A stretch of DNA of 64,000 nucleotides from Eledone cirrhosa (Eukaryota): assembly GCA_964016885.1 (NCBI GenBank), contig OZ024741.1, forward strand, positions 15,128,001 to 15,192,000, written 5' to 3'. Made by a program: the position numbers and the translations under genes. Below the pieces are notes generated by a model. The model searched no databases. It had not been told where the DNA came from and was given only the letters and a program-made list of their open reading frames with translations. Every line of letters starts with the position of its first letter. The stretch's first letter is position 1. Positions 13,930-28,429 of the stretch are shown here, piece by piece.

Positions 13930-14100
13930 AGCTTCTCTCCCTACTTTCGCCGAAAAGAAGTAAGTAACATAGTACCTACTTTAAAACTGATAGCATATGG
14001 TCTTCTAAATGTTTTTAATTAAACATACGGTATATTGCCAAATATACTATACATACATACATATATACATCGCTATTTCACAGCACCAATCCTAATACCA
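13930..14100 (+). mobile_element. PLE-terminus-like fragment homologous to 43143-43310
   Basis: Shared sequence agctt..tccct...gaagtaagt.acatagt..ctactttaaaac...ggtcttc.aaatg.ttttaattaa.catac...attgccaaatatactata...catcgctatttca.agcaccaat. Both copies end in (TA)n. Confidence 0.75.
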
Positions 14101-14241
14101 TATATATATATATATATATGCTGCCAATACTGGAATTGAATAATCAAAACCGTAGCGGTATGTCACTTATCAAATCAAATCTTTTGTCTGATGAAAACGT
14201 ACTTATACACCATTGTACCTTTGAAATTGTACCTTTGAAAT

Positions 14242-16010
14242 ACGCAAAGACAAAACCACGTTTATGGTATAAATGAAGTCGTAGACTAATGTTCTCTAGG
14301 TGGTTCATAGAGACGTTCTCTGGCAATGAACGGAAAAAACGAAGATAATACGTCATATGTGGAACGTGGAGAACAATAGCACGAAAAGACAAAACCACGT
14401 AAATAGTATAACTGAAGTCGTAGACTAAAATTCTAAGTAGGAAACCGAATGGTTCTCGGCTTCAGAGTTAAGAATAAAGTAAATAAAATACAGAGGTAAT
14501 TGAAGTAAATACATACACGCATCCATAACGTACATACACAAGCATACGCGAAAACACTCGCCATAGGTATACAAATACACGCACGTATACAAATACACGC
14601 ACGTACACAAAAAAAAAAAACGGAAAAAAACCCCGCACGCACATACAGAACCCACGCAACGCATACGAATGTATACACCAAATACACATAAAATTATATA
14701 TAAAAATATATATATTAATATATATATATGTGTGTGTGTCTGTGCGTGTATACATATAATTAAATAAACGTATATAAATAAATAAATACGTATATAACAA
14801 GCGCACACACATACCTACATGTAAATACACATATGTTCGGAGACTACGTCAACCAAAACACGAAGTACACATACACACACCCTACATACGTACGAACCCG
14901 CATACTCACACAGACGCAAAACTCACGTATACACATAACCAAAAGCATATGTACCAGAATATATAATATATACGCCATAACACATACAACAAATATATGT
15001 ACGAGGAAGTATATGTACCTTCACAAAACATACAGGTAATATATACTTACCTATACAAATAAGTAATGGTATAAACATAACATATACTTAGCTACCACAT
15101 CAAGACGTAAAATATCCGCGTATAGTTCGTACTATCCGTTAGGGTACAATGTGGGGCTGTAATACAGGAAAGTTTTGTGCAATTTATGTTTACAAGCCGA
15201 AATTGCCTCATATTTTTTTTAAGATGTGGTCTTTGGCGTAGAGTATTTCCAGAGCCTCAGCGGTGCAGAGGTCACATGGTCTTTTATTTCCGTTATACGA
15301 TCTAGCCCTAGCTAGGATCTTCCAGTGTAACTTATATTGTGTATGGTTGTCTTTTAGACTCCAGATATAAGCTAAAAGTGACGTCATATTCCTTCTTAAA
15401 GAGTAACGAAAAGAATGGGTATGCATGTAAAGACGCTGCTTGAATCTATTGGCGGTTAACCCTATGTAAGCCCTACGGGACGTAGGTGTTTCAACCTTAC
15501 ATTTGTAGACAATGTTACTAGAGAGGCATTTCCCGGATAGGGGGCAGTCAACCCGATTCCTACAATTACAGTTAGTACTAACTGCAGGGTTGCACGTGTT
15601 CCTACGGCTAGGTAGTTTAGCTAAATTTGAAGCTGTGATGTTATGTGCAAGGTTAGGAGTCGTAGAGTAAGAAATTTTAATAGTATTTCTATTAAAAATG
15701 TTACTATATTTATGTGTAGGGGGAAAATGCTTCATAATTTCAATTACCTCTGTATTTTATTTACTTTATTTACTTTATTCTTAACTCTGAAGCCGAGAAT
15801 CATTCGGTTTCCTAGTTAGAATTTTAGTCTACGACTTCAGTTATACCATTTACGTGGTTTTGTCTTTGCGTGCTATTGTTCTCCCGCTCCACATATGACG
15901 TATTATCTTCGTTTTTTCCGTTCATTTCCAGAGAACGTCTCCATGAACCACCTAAGAGAATATTAGTCTACGACTTCATTTATACCATAAACGTGGTTTT
16001 GTCTTTGCGT
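14242..16010 (-). mobile_element. 5'-truncated Penelope-like retroelement with inverted terminal repeat copies
   Basis: GIY-YIG remnant at 15208-15735. 14242-14504 is the reverse complement of 15739-16010, which abuts the truncation point. Confidence 0.8.
15165..15735 (-). pseudogene. PLE Cys-linker plus GIY-YIG endonuclease remnant
   Basis: KHFP...IFNRNTIKISYS...CNCRNRVDCPLSGKC...IVYKC...AYIGLT..FKQR...H..SF...IW.LKD...W.IL...CDLC..E. A frameshift precedes the ...ACKHK tail. Confidence 0.85.
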
Positions 16011-16329
16011 GTAATTGTTTTTCACCGCTCCAAATGATGACATATTATATTCGTTTTTTCCCGTTCTTTGCCAGGGAACGTTTCCACGAACCAAAGTATC
16101 GTCTTCATGTCTTCCTCCGGTTGCAACGTTTTTCGAAATATTCACTTCCGCGTTCACAGATTGACTTTGTTAGTTTCAAAAGATCCCGTTAAGGGAGAAA
16201 GCAGCGATTCTTTGCTTAAATTTTAATCTGTTATTTTAATAAATATTTGCTCTACGGTTCTTATATATTTGATATATATTTATCCTTATCGAGCCCTCTT
16301 TGGATTTTAGTCTTCAAATTTATTATTAT

Positions 16330-16532
<203 letters not shown>

Positions 16533-16859
16533 TATGTGTACATATATATGTATAAACACATATATATATATGTATGTGTATATATATATGTGTATACATA
16601 TATATATATATGTATGTATATATATGGGTATACATATATATATATATGTACATATATATACACATAAATATGTATATATATATATATATATATATACATA
16701 TATACACACACACTGATTTTTTACTAATTGTGATTAATGGCAGTGTCGGCGCTGTTAAATTGAATCAATCACAAACATACACCACAAACACACTCACACA
16801 CTCCACATCACACACACACAGACTCCACATCACACAGACACTCACACAGACACACACAG

Positions 16860-16924
<65 letters not shown>

Positions 16925-17174
16925 CACATTCTATGTATTTCGATCTGTTTGTCCTGATTCTGCAATTATTTTTTTGTTGACCAATGTCAGCAACAAAAGA
17001 AATAGCAGTCGTCAAGAGTCCTCATTTAAAATATCTGTCTATGTTCAGGTTTGTTACTGATAAATGACAAAATCGGTAGAGCATAGGGCCGAAGGAGTGG
17101 TAGAATCAATAAGGGAACGTGACTGTAGATTGGGAGAATGGCTTCCGTGTCCAGCAAAGTTTTATGAAGGGCGG

Positions 17175-17385
17175 TGGATGGCAGTATCGGTAGAAGGTCT
17201 GACGCCATGAATTGCAGCAAAGAATTACGATCCTTTACTGTCTGAGTTCAAATCCCGCCGAGGTCAACTTTGTCTTTCATCTTTACGGGGACGATAAAAT
17301 AAAGTACCAGTCATGCACTGGGTCGATTTAATCGACTTTCCCCTATCCAGTAAAATTGCTGGCCTTGTGCTTATATAAGAAACCA
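17175..17385 (+). mobile_element. tRNA-derived SINE
   Basis: B-box-like gagttcaaatcc followed by the family core gtctttcatcttt..gggacgataaaataaagtaccagt. Confidence 0.7.
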
Positions 17386-18380
17386 TTTATGAAGATTAAT
17401 AGTTATATAGCATCGTCTCGCTCTTCATAAATAGTATGAGCGTATCTTTGGCTTCTAATATCGTGTCTTAAGTAATTGGTGGTGGGGTGGAATAAGCGGG
17501 TGGCTGGGTGTTATAATCGTTAATTTTTCTTGGTTGTCTCCATTGATTAAAAAAAACAACAACACAGAATTAATAGTTTAGTTTACATATTGAGACCCCA
17601 ACCCATCCTATTTATTTGATAAACTATGGGGTTTCTAGTAATGTACTTTCTTTAGGTGTAATGTTTTTTTAATGTATAAAGAAAATTAATTGTCGCAGGA
17701 ATGCTACCTCTTAAAATAAATTTCGCCGTAGATAGATTAACAAAATTAAATAAGCGAGGGGGATGGAGTGGAATAAGAGATGGCGTGGATGGAAAAAATC
17801 TGAAAAAATATCAAACAAGTGGGGGGGGGGGGGGCGAGACCCGATGTGTAATCAATTAATCCTTTCGTTAACATATTTCTAATGATAGATACTTTGATTA
17901 ACTTTGATAGGTTTCGGCCAGTATAGGCCTAGGCCATATCTAACTTAATAGCACCATCTGTCTATAATTTTCAAATAATTTTCAAACTAACCAAGAATTT
18001 GGAGTGATTTAGTAGTGTAAATAACTTTGTTATAATTAAGCTGGTGTTTAAATCATCACTTAACAAAGATCGTTAAATAAAATTATGAAGGAAGGGTTTT
18101 AAATAATTATAAACACTTTAACCTTTTCGTTACCATATTTCTAATGAAAGACAATGTTTATGGTTTTCAAATAATTTCAAAAATAATCAATAATTTCAAA
18201 GAATTTAGTATAAATAACTAAACTTCTCATTGTTAAAATATGAATGTGGAACATATCTTAATATACGTTCTTACATAAAATTGCGATGGTAGGTTTTTAG
18301 ATAAATATATAGACAATTGTATTGTATATATATAAATATTCATATACTCATATAGGCAGACGGTCAGAAGGACATACACA

Positions 18381-18418
<38 letters not shown>

Positions 18419-18451
18419 ATTGGATATAAGTATGTATATATATATATATAT

Positions 18452-19818
18452 ATGGCGGTCATTCGATGCGTGAAGGAGCAGCTTAGCAGACACGATTTTT
18501 AACTGCGGTAAGAATTTTTTCTCATATCAAAGTTTAATGGGCTTCCACTGAAGATTTATAAGTGCCCACCTAAATATATTCTTACATGAATATATGTTAG
18601 GCTTCTACATAAACTGGAAACATTCTCCCAATTTGTAGAAAACTTATAATGAAACAATTGTTTGGAAAGAGAGATATATTTTAACTTTAATTATATCTCA
18701 CAAAATACATATTGTTAGCACCCCAAACACTTAAATTGGGTTTATACTAACATATAACCTAATGTTTGTTGAGTGAGATGGTTACCAGTCGCAGTTTAGC
18801 TTTAAGCTATCTCTGTTATTGTATTAAATATTTTACTCTTGATTTGGCCAGAGGTATTTATTTCCAGGTACCTTATAAACATGACTTTCCGTATTTATTA
18901 CTGTTATGAGATATGGAGGTTTTTTGGTTGTCATTTCTCTGTTTTTAGCCTAAGAAAATATATATATGCATGTGTATATAATAACAGTCATACATTTATT
19001 TTTTTAAATTAATTGAGTTCTTAACACGTGGAATTGATATTAGTTTTGAAATAACTAATTAACCCGCGTGTATTAAATATTTTACTTTTAATATGGCCAG
19101 CGATTTACATTCCCAATCGCCTTTTAAAGCGTAACTTTCTGTATTTGCTACGGTTTGAGATGCGGCACGTTATTGGGTATCACTTCTGTTTTTAGCCTAA
19201 GAAAATATCTATATGCGTGTGTAATTAATACACGCATACATTTATTTTTTTAATTTCTATTGAGTTCTTAACACGTTGGATTGATAATGTTTTTGAAAAA
19301 ACTAATTAACCCACGTGTTTATTATTTTATTTTCTCGTGAATCGTGGTTGTCTCCCTTTCCCGCTTAGTGACGCTATGATACTTCCTCAGTCAAAAGACT
19401 GCTGGAATTTCAAATTTGGCGGTCATTCGATGCGTGAAGGAGCGGCTTAGCAGACACGATTTTTAACTGCGGTAAGAATTTTTCTTATATCAAAGTTAAA
19501 TAGGCTTCCACTGAAGATTTATAAGTGCCCACCTAAATATATTCTTACATGAATATATGTTAGGCTTCTACATAAACTGGACACATTCTCCTAATTTGTA
19601 GAAAACTTATAATGAAACAATTGTTTGGAAAGAGAGATATATTTTAACTTTAATTATATCTCATAAAATAATACAACTGGCTTTCCACAAAATACATATA
19701 GTTAGCACCCCAAACACTTAAATTGGGTTTATACTAACATATAACCTAATGTGTGTTGAGTGAGATGGTTATCAGTCGGAGTTTAGCTTTAAGATATCTC
19801 TGTTATTGTATTAAATAT
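18452..19818. repeat. Partial tandem duplication (~965-bp period) with internal ~245-bp repeat, flanked by (TA)n
   Basis: tggcggtcattcgatgcgtgaagg... at 18452 and 19417 (about 380-400 bp shared). About 18820-19070 repeats at about 19070-19315. Confidence 0.85.
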
Positions 19819-20459
19819 ATATATATATATAGTTTTTTATTAACACTAAATAGTGAATTCTGATACTCAGGAGTTAAACCTGATTATCCCAGGGTCATCA
19901 GAGAAGATGACCCTGGGTAAAAAGCCGAAACTCCATAGTAATATGACACACTATTTAGCCTTAATAACTCTAGTTCGGTATTGAATAGTCTTCTCTCTTA
20001 GCCGTCCACCACATACGAATATATATATATATATTGCTTGCACAAGCCTGGGGTATATGGTCTTTAATGCGAAGAAATACCGATGATGGCTGGAAGATCA
20101 CTGATGACGGACAGTCCTGTCTTCTCGCTCTAATTTTATTCATATATATATAAATTAAAATTTCATACATTTACAACGTATGCGTGACATTAAGTTTCCG
20201 GGTGTGTGTATGTACACAACAGGGATCTCAGTCTCAATAACTCAAAAGGGTTGTTTGTTTATTCATCAAAATGAAATCGGTATATGATAGATAGTGGCAT
20301 ATGTTAATTAGCACAAATTTAGGGGACAACCTTTCCTTATCAAATTTTCCTTAATTCCCTTTTGACTTTTGTTTCGTATTGTTGTCTTATGATATAGTCT
20401 AGAGGAATGTTATGCAGACATAACAAGTATTTTACTTTATGTTTTACCTCTATTATAAA

Positions 20460-20680
20460 ATACCTCGGCTCGCAATCCAGGAGACACGAAGATAAGCAAA
20501 TACTGGAGCTTGTCCAGGCACCCCCTCTTTGCACAGGGTCGAAACCTCAGGCGTCCACGGATCCCTCACAGCTGACCGCCTCTATAAAATCGGATTGATA
20601 GCAGCCGGTCTGAGGAAGGAACCCATGGAAATGGGGTGGCTGTCGTTGGCCATTGTTCGCGGAAATGCCTTTGCCCTAGG
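20460..20680 (+). mobile_element. CRE-like non-LTR retrotransposon 3' fragment
   Basis: VETSGVHG...IG...EPMEMGWL..SLAIVRGNAFAL resembles the ETxG...SxAxxRGNA C-terminus of CRE-clade restriction-like endonucleases. Confidence 0.65.
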
Positions 20681-20813
20681 TGTAGAGTCTGTCACCCTCT
20701 CTCCTTCCCCCTTTATTTCTTCTTTTGTCTTGCTCTTCCCCTCCTTTTCCTCGCATTTATAGCATGCTTAATCTTTTCCAATGCTGTATGTTTGACCAAA
20801 TAAAAATTTATAA

Positions 20814-20893
<80 letters not shown>

Positions 20894-21069
20894 TATATAT
20901 ATACAACAGCTGGTGATATGCATGTAAGTAAATATTTTCCTTGTCTGATATTTTGTAACTAACCTTACATAGATCGATAATGGTTACGATGTATTATCAT
21001 CACCTAGAAACGATCGTAAAGCAGTGAAGTATATTTGTAATGACTTGAATTTTTATTTAATTGTTTTAA

Positions 21070-21145
<76 letters not shown>

Positions 21146-21834
21146 TATTTCTCCACACACAGACTATAACAATCATATAAAGAATTCGTCACCAGATCAA
21201 CCACCCTAACACTCTCGATTACCTGCTTAAGTGCTTCTACTACACGTAACTCTCTGCCACACTATATAAACAAGACGCACGTGCTTGCCACACATACAAC
21301 CTTTGCACTATATAACCGCTTAATTTCATGTTGTATTTTAACCAGTATCTTTTAATATGAATGTAATCTCTAAGTGTGTACTGCCACTCTAAATGCTATA
21401 TTGAATGTTGACCCACAATATTTGCATATGTATCTGTATGTCTCTTGGGTGAAAAGGAGGTCATATAAGTGTTCATTCAATAATAAATTGCTCCGAAGAA
21501 TCCAAACCTCGGTTTGGAGGAAACAGTTCTAAGCATAAAAATGTCTTGAACAGTTCTTTGATTCTTATAATTCATATAACTGCTCTGTAAATCATCTGAT
21601 GTTTTTACATTGAGCTATTTAACTTACTGGTAATAAGGTAGTAATATATTACTACCTACCACTATGTAGGGTTCATATAAAAATATATATAACTGCAAAA
21701 GGTGTTTGTATTTACATAACCGTAAATAGTATAATTAATACTATATATATATATACTACCAAATCAACTTTTCAAATAGAAGTCGAAGTTGAAAGGTATG
21801 TCGAATCTATCTATTTATAAGACTGTTTATATTG

Positions 21835-21900
21835 TATTTTGTCTGAAGAAGGCATAACATATTTTTAATATGATATTCCTGAAATATATATAATGAAATA
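21835..21900 (+). ncRNA. Type I hammerhead ribozyme motif
   Basis: tattttgt-CTGAAGA-agg...cct-GAAA-tatata-TA-atgaaata: 8-bp stem I (2 G-U pairs), long stem II, palindromic stem III. Confidence 0.65.
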
Positions 21901-22027
21901 AATATGGTTTTATAAATATAGTTTCCATTTATTTAATATCGTAAATATACTCCAAATACTTGTTGAGTGCTTTTATATCAGTTATAAATATTTACTCGTT
22001 GTTAACCCAACAATTTAAATAAAACTT

Positions 22028-22068
<41 letters not shown>

Positions 22069-22133
22069 ATACATACATATATATATATATATATATTGCC
22101 GAAGAGACGCGACATTTTCAAGAAAAGTGGGAA

Positions 22134-22275
<142 letters not shown>

Positions 22276-22454
22276 CTGACTTTTCTTGAAAATGTCGCTT
22301 CTCTTCGTCAATTCTTTTCTTTTACATCGTCGATATTTGTTTATCTCAACCATTTGGTTGACTAACATATACTCCTTCTTCGAAATTTCCATTTATTCAA
22401 GAATCTACTCTCAGTGATGTTCTATGATTTGCTATTGGTGTGTTGTCTTTTAAC

Positions 22455-22600
22455 TTAGGTACACCTCCCCCTGTCAACTAAAGTGCAACTACCCCTGTCT
22501 GTCAACTCAGGTCCGCCTCCCCCTGTCAACTCAGGTACACCTCCCCCTGTCAACTCAGGTACACCTTCCCCTCCTCTGTCAACTCAGGTCCACCTACCCC
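22455..22600. repeat. ~24-bp minisatellite, about 6 copies
   Basis: caggtacacctccccctgtcaact variants. Confidence 0.85.
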
Positions 22601-22964
22601 ACACCAATATCAGTTTTCAAATCTAACCCTTCTCACATGTAACAAAACATTTCCTCATATTCTCTTGTGTCACTTAGTTTTCTATACTCCCAGTCACACT
22701 TCCACCACAACAGGCTTTTCAAACAAACCCATTTACATTTCACTAATCTTCTTATTAAGAAGGATTTTTTAACCTACCCTCGTGTCTCCAATAATGCCCC
22801 CCCCCCCTCCTCCTTCGCTTATGTTATTTATCAAATTTTTTCACACACCCCGTTTATTACAACCCCACAACTTATTCCACCCTCCCACCCACCCCTATTA
22901 TTTAGGGTCCGAGAGTATATATTGTGCATGTAAATATTTGTGTAGAGACACACGCACGAGCAAA

Positions 22965-23070
22965 CATGTATGTATCTGGCAGGTTTTCTACGGTTGGATG
23001 CCCTTCCTAACTCCAACCACATTTACAGTGTGGAACTGAGAACTTTTTACCGTGTTACCTACACGGCCAC
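22965..23070 (-). mobile_element. SINE fragment
   Basis: Reverse complement gtggttggagttaggaagggcatccaaccgtagaaaac resembles a mollusc SINE internal motif (recalled, not searched). Confidence 0.4.
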
Positions 23071-23086
23071 ATTACAGCGTGGACTG

Positions 23087-23135
<49 letters not shown>

Positions 23136-23324
23136 GTGTGTGTGTGTGTGTTTGTAGGTATGTATGTATGTATGCATGAATAATTACTTGAATTGTTATA
23201 GAAAGTGAAAGCAATGATTGCATGTGTAATATGTAAATATATCGATCTGTGATGACGTAAGCTAACTATATGTCAAGACTTTCTTCTTCTACATGTATAC
23301 ACACATACCTATATGCATATTATT

Positions 23325-23800
<476 letters not shown>

Positions 23801-24524
23801 AGTATTTTAAGTGAAAGCGAACTTTGACTTGAGTTCGAACTTAGAGCGAATAGATATAAAAGACAAGGAGAAAACACTCTCTGGTACTCTACCCCGCCGA
23901 AAAGTTACTACATACTCCGTCCTTGATATTATATAGTAAGACGGTTGCGTTATTTGGTTCAAAGTCACCAGTTTTGTGAGGGTCTTAGCTTAAATTGATG
24001 GACCCTGAGTAAGATACAGCATAGGAAATGAACTGATGGAACAAAGTAAATAGGTTGTCCATTGGTCTTCCCACTGAGGATAATACTTGCAGATCACAAC
24101 TCCTGGAAAAAGTAGACAAGATATAAACTTAGATTAAATGATGCAAATTGTTCTGTCTGAACTTTTAACAATTCTGCCAATTCACCACTCTTGGACTGGT
24201 ACTTAATTTATTGATCTCATTGGAAGAGTGATAAACAAATTTGTCGTCGGCAGAATTTGACCCCAGAGTGCAGAGAACCGGAATAAATACCGAACTATAT
24301 AATCCGACTTTCTAAATACTCCGCCAATTTGGCAACACAAACAGCAAAATCGAGCGATATCAAGGGTTTCAGTACTTCCATCTTACTCTACACTCTACTG
24401 ATGAGCAACAGACTGAAACCATAGTATGCTCACTTTATACTAGAGGGGACATAACTGTGTAAAGAAAACCTCTATTTACAAAGTCAACGATGGATTAAAC
24501 TCCTCTAATTATAGAGACAGACTG

Positions 24525-24672
24525 CCAATTGAGAGATTCGTTAGAACGTTATAGAGAATGATTTGTAGTATTCGTTCTGACTCTCTGCTTTCTGAGTTCA
24601 AATACCGCCGCGATAAACTTTACCTTTCATCCTTTCGAGGTCGATAAAAAAGTACCAGTTTAGTATTGGGGG
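24525..24672 (+). mobile_element. tRNA-derived SINE
   Basis: gagttcaaatacc...cctttcatcctttcgaggtcgataaaaaagtaccagt. An opposite-strand copy lies at about 24180-24330. Confidence 0.65.
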
Positions 24673-25555
24673 TTAATTCTTCATCTATAATTCTTTCTCA
24701 ATTCTTCTCTCTCATTTTCTATCCTTCTATGGAAGAATTCTACTGTGTTCAAACCTGGAGAGGAGATGAGTTCCACCAAGCTCAAAATGCCCAAGAAATA
24801 CCGTATGCTACTACGGCGCCCCCTACAACTTTCTTATGAGTTGTGAGATAAAAGAGAATTATAGAGATGTTAAGACGTGGGGATTAGTTCATAATTTGTT
24901 GATCTCACTATTATAAGTTCGTTGGTTTGATCCTCGGATCAAATGGTGCGTTGTCTCCTAATTCCATGATGCTCTAGGCCATTCTCTTAAAAATAAGTAC
25001 CGGTCTCAGCTGGGGTTTAGCTCTTTTTGGAAGTTACGTCTATGCTGAAGGGATAGAAAAGTCTGACACTCTCGCCTAACGTGATAAGTTCCAGACAGCC
25101 CACGCATTCAAGGTAAAATGGACATAAAAATAAGAGTTTTACAATGCGTTACATGCTTTTCTTTCTCTTAAATATCTAATGACACTGTGTAGGGCACAGT
25201 GCATTACAGCTTTTGTTTCAGCTCTCTAATCCCACTGCGTCTTTCAGTAGATTGAACGATTTGTTAGTGTGTCGGCTGAAGTTTTTCAGTATTTGTTCTG
25301 ACTTGATGTGTACCGAAGAAGACTTAATCCATCGCATAATTCAATACAAACATCTTGTCAGTGGGTGTGTATTGTGGTGTCCAGTACGTGGAGCACATTC
25401 AAGTCAGATCTCCCCTTGGAGAGAAAGTTCCTCTGTCCTTCTCAACAGTCAAGAAGACTCGGAAAAGAAGGTCATGTGTGCTGCCCTTCCTTTCATGACT
25501 AAATAGTAATAAAATATATATATACTTAATGGAGTATAAACTCTAATTAACTTAC

Positions 25556-25628
25556 GGACGGCTATGAACCACAACACTTTGTATAACGTTTTGATTTTTG
25601 TTGTAGCTTTCTTTGGGATGAACAAGCC
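25556..25628 (-). CDS. Candidate 73-nt exon (GLFIPKKATTKIKTLYKVLWFIAV), phase 0 to 1
   Basis: Acceptor ttcctcttatttatcag and donor gtaagt. The end phase matches the mucin exon acceptor. Confidence 0.35.
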
Positions 25629-26014
25629 CTGATAAATAAGAGGAATTAATTAATGATGCAATCATGTAAACGATATAAAACTGAGCTACAAATATGAACA
25701 TTTCTGTGGCTGTATATTTGTCAGACTTACAGCAATGAGGTACAGCAGGAGTTCTTCCGAAAATGAATATAACGCGTGCATTATGTTCTGTTAAAAACAT
25801 TAATAGATTCCTATAGCGACCATCGACAGGAGGAAGATGTGATGAAGGTCAGTAGAGAAATGAGATACAGGCAGATTTATATTAATGTTTACATCATGTT
25901 GATATTAGCTTCTAGAGATGGAGCAGGGGTGAAGGGATGTATGTGAACTCTACTTCCTATAGGACTGGATAGGGTTAATAGTGTGTGACAGGAGGCCATT
26001 GACTGTATAAACTA

Positions 26015-26048
<34 letters not shown>

Positions 26049-26070
26049 TTATATATATATGTCTATATCT

Positions 26071-26127
<57 letters not shown>

Positions 26128-26176
26128 TTATATAGATATATGTCTATATATATACATTATATATATATATATATAC

Positions 26177-26209
<33 letters not shown>

Positions 26210-26318
26210 CATATATATACATATATATGCATACATACATACATATATATATATATATATGTACATTATATAGATATATGTCTATATATATACATTATAT
26301 ATATATATATATATATAC

Positions 26319-26351
<33 letters not shown>

Positions 26352-26400
26352 CATATATATACATATATATATACATACATACATATATATACATACATGC

Positions 26401-26433
<33 letters not shown>

Positions 26434-26443
26434 TATATAACTA

Positions 26444-26489
<46 letters not shown>

Positions 26490-26609
26490 TAACTATGTGT
26501 GTATATATATATTATTGAGTATTTTTCAGTGTAAGTCCCCAGGAAGAAACATTTACTTCGAGAACAACATGATAACAATACATCTGGTTTCTCCTGTAGC
26601 GACAAGGCT

Positions 26610-26785
26610 ACCAGGTGGCAGGGAAAGTCGATTCATTCCTCACCAGTGTATTACTGGTACTTTATTTTATCGACCCCGTAAGGATGAAAGTCAAAGTTAA
26701 CATAAAAGGTAGTAACGTAAATGGCAGTAACCCTATGCTGCGAAGCATGTTGTCCGACGCTCTACCGATTCTGCCAACGCACCGC
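26610..26785 (-). mobile_element. tRNA-derived SINE
   Basis: Reverse-oriented core actggtactttattttatcgaccccgtaaggatgaaag and head (ctaccgattctgcc). Confidence 0.7.
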
Positions 26786-26945
26786 CCTAACAACAACAAT
26801 AATAATAATAATGATAATAATAATTATGATGATAATAACAACAATAACAATTGTGATATGTGTGTGCGTGTGTATATATTCATGTGTATATGCGTGTATA
26901 TGCATATATGTGTGTATATATATATATAATATATATATACTCTCT

Positions 26946-26982
<37 letters not shown>

Positions 26983-27025
26983 ATACATATATGTGTGTGT
27001 GCATGTATGCGTGTATGTGTGTGTG

Positions 27026-27070
<45 letters not shown>

Positions 27071-27111
27071 GTGTGTGTGCGTGTGTGTGTCTATGTGTAT
27101 ATATATATATA

Positions 27112-27157
<46 letters not shown>

Positions 27158-27181
27158 TGTGTGTGTGTGTATGTGTATGTG

Positions 27182-27214
<33 letters not shown>

Positions 27215-27219
27215 ATGTG

Positions 27220-27360
<141 letters not shown>

Positions 27361-28429
27361 CGTGTGTGTGTGTGTGTGTGTATGTGTTAGAAAGGGGTGT
27401 TGGTAATATGCATATGTCGGAAAGACTTCCTAAACGAACCGTGTTGCATTTAAAACAAGGTGACATGCAATATTTCTGGTGTTAATAGTTCCAAAGATAT
27501 TTCGCCACGTCCTCACAATCAAAAACCTATTTCACTGTCATTATAAATTTGCTAGTGAAACATAAGCCAAATATTATAACACTTATAACAGACCTGAACG
27601 TAATTTCTACCATATGTCTCAGTCAGCCATTTTGCAACAATGTTTCCACTTAATCTGATATTTTCTAACGGATAACTACATTTCTCTCTATTTATGTATT
27701 CATGTGTGTATATATGTATGTGTATATATGTACGAATGTTATCTCTTTCTCTTAATTTCGAGTATATTTTTTTGACCGGCCACCTTCCTGGTGGCAAGGT
27801 TGTAAAAGAAAAGAAATTGTCATCCCTTGAATCGCAAGAATGTTTTGCAAATTTTGAAGGTGCCAGCTATCGCAGACATTTGTAGACTATGAATTAGGGA
27901 GCTGCGCTCTTTGTCCGCAAATCCAAATATGTATGTATGTATGTATGTATGTATATGTATATGTATGTATCTATGTATGTTATGTATGTATGTTTATGTT
28001 CTGCATGTATATATGTTTGTTCTTATACATGTGTATATGAATAGATATGTATACGATAGATATATACACAGTATATATGCATATATTTATATATATGTGT
28101 ATACATACATACATATACATATATACACATATATATATGTAGATGCATATGCATATATACATACATACTTGCATACATATATACATACATATATACATAT
28201 ATACACACATACATGCATACATACACACTCACATACATACATATATATACAGACATATTTACATACATGCACACGTACATACATACATACATACATAGAC
28301 ACACATACATATGAAATGTGTGTGTATGGGGTTTTGAGTGAGTGTTTGTTTGGCTCTGTCAGTGTGTGTTTGTGCATGTGTGTATATACCTATACTAGCT
28401 CAATGATAAACATATAAACATATAAACAT

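Noticed and set aside
15208-15735. Selenoprotein-type PLE (in-frame UGA at conserved Cys)
   Set aside because: The linker Cys codons are TGT/TGC, and the RT Cys near 63067 is TGC; no recoded UGA was seen.
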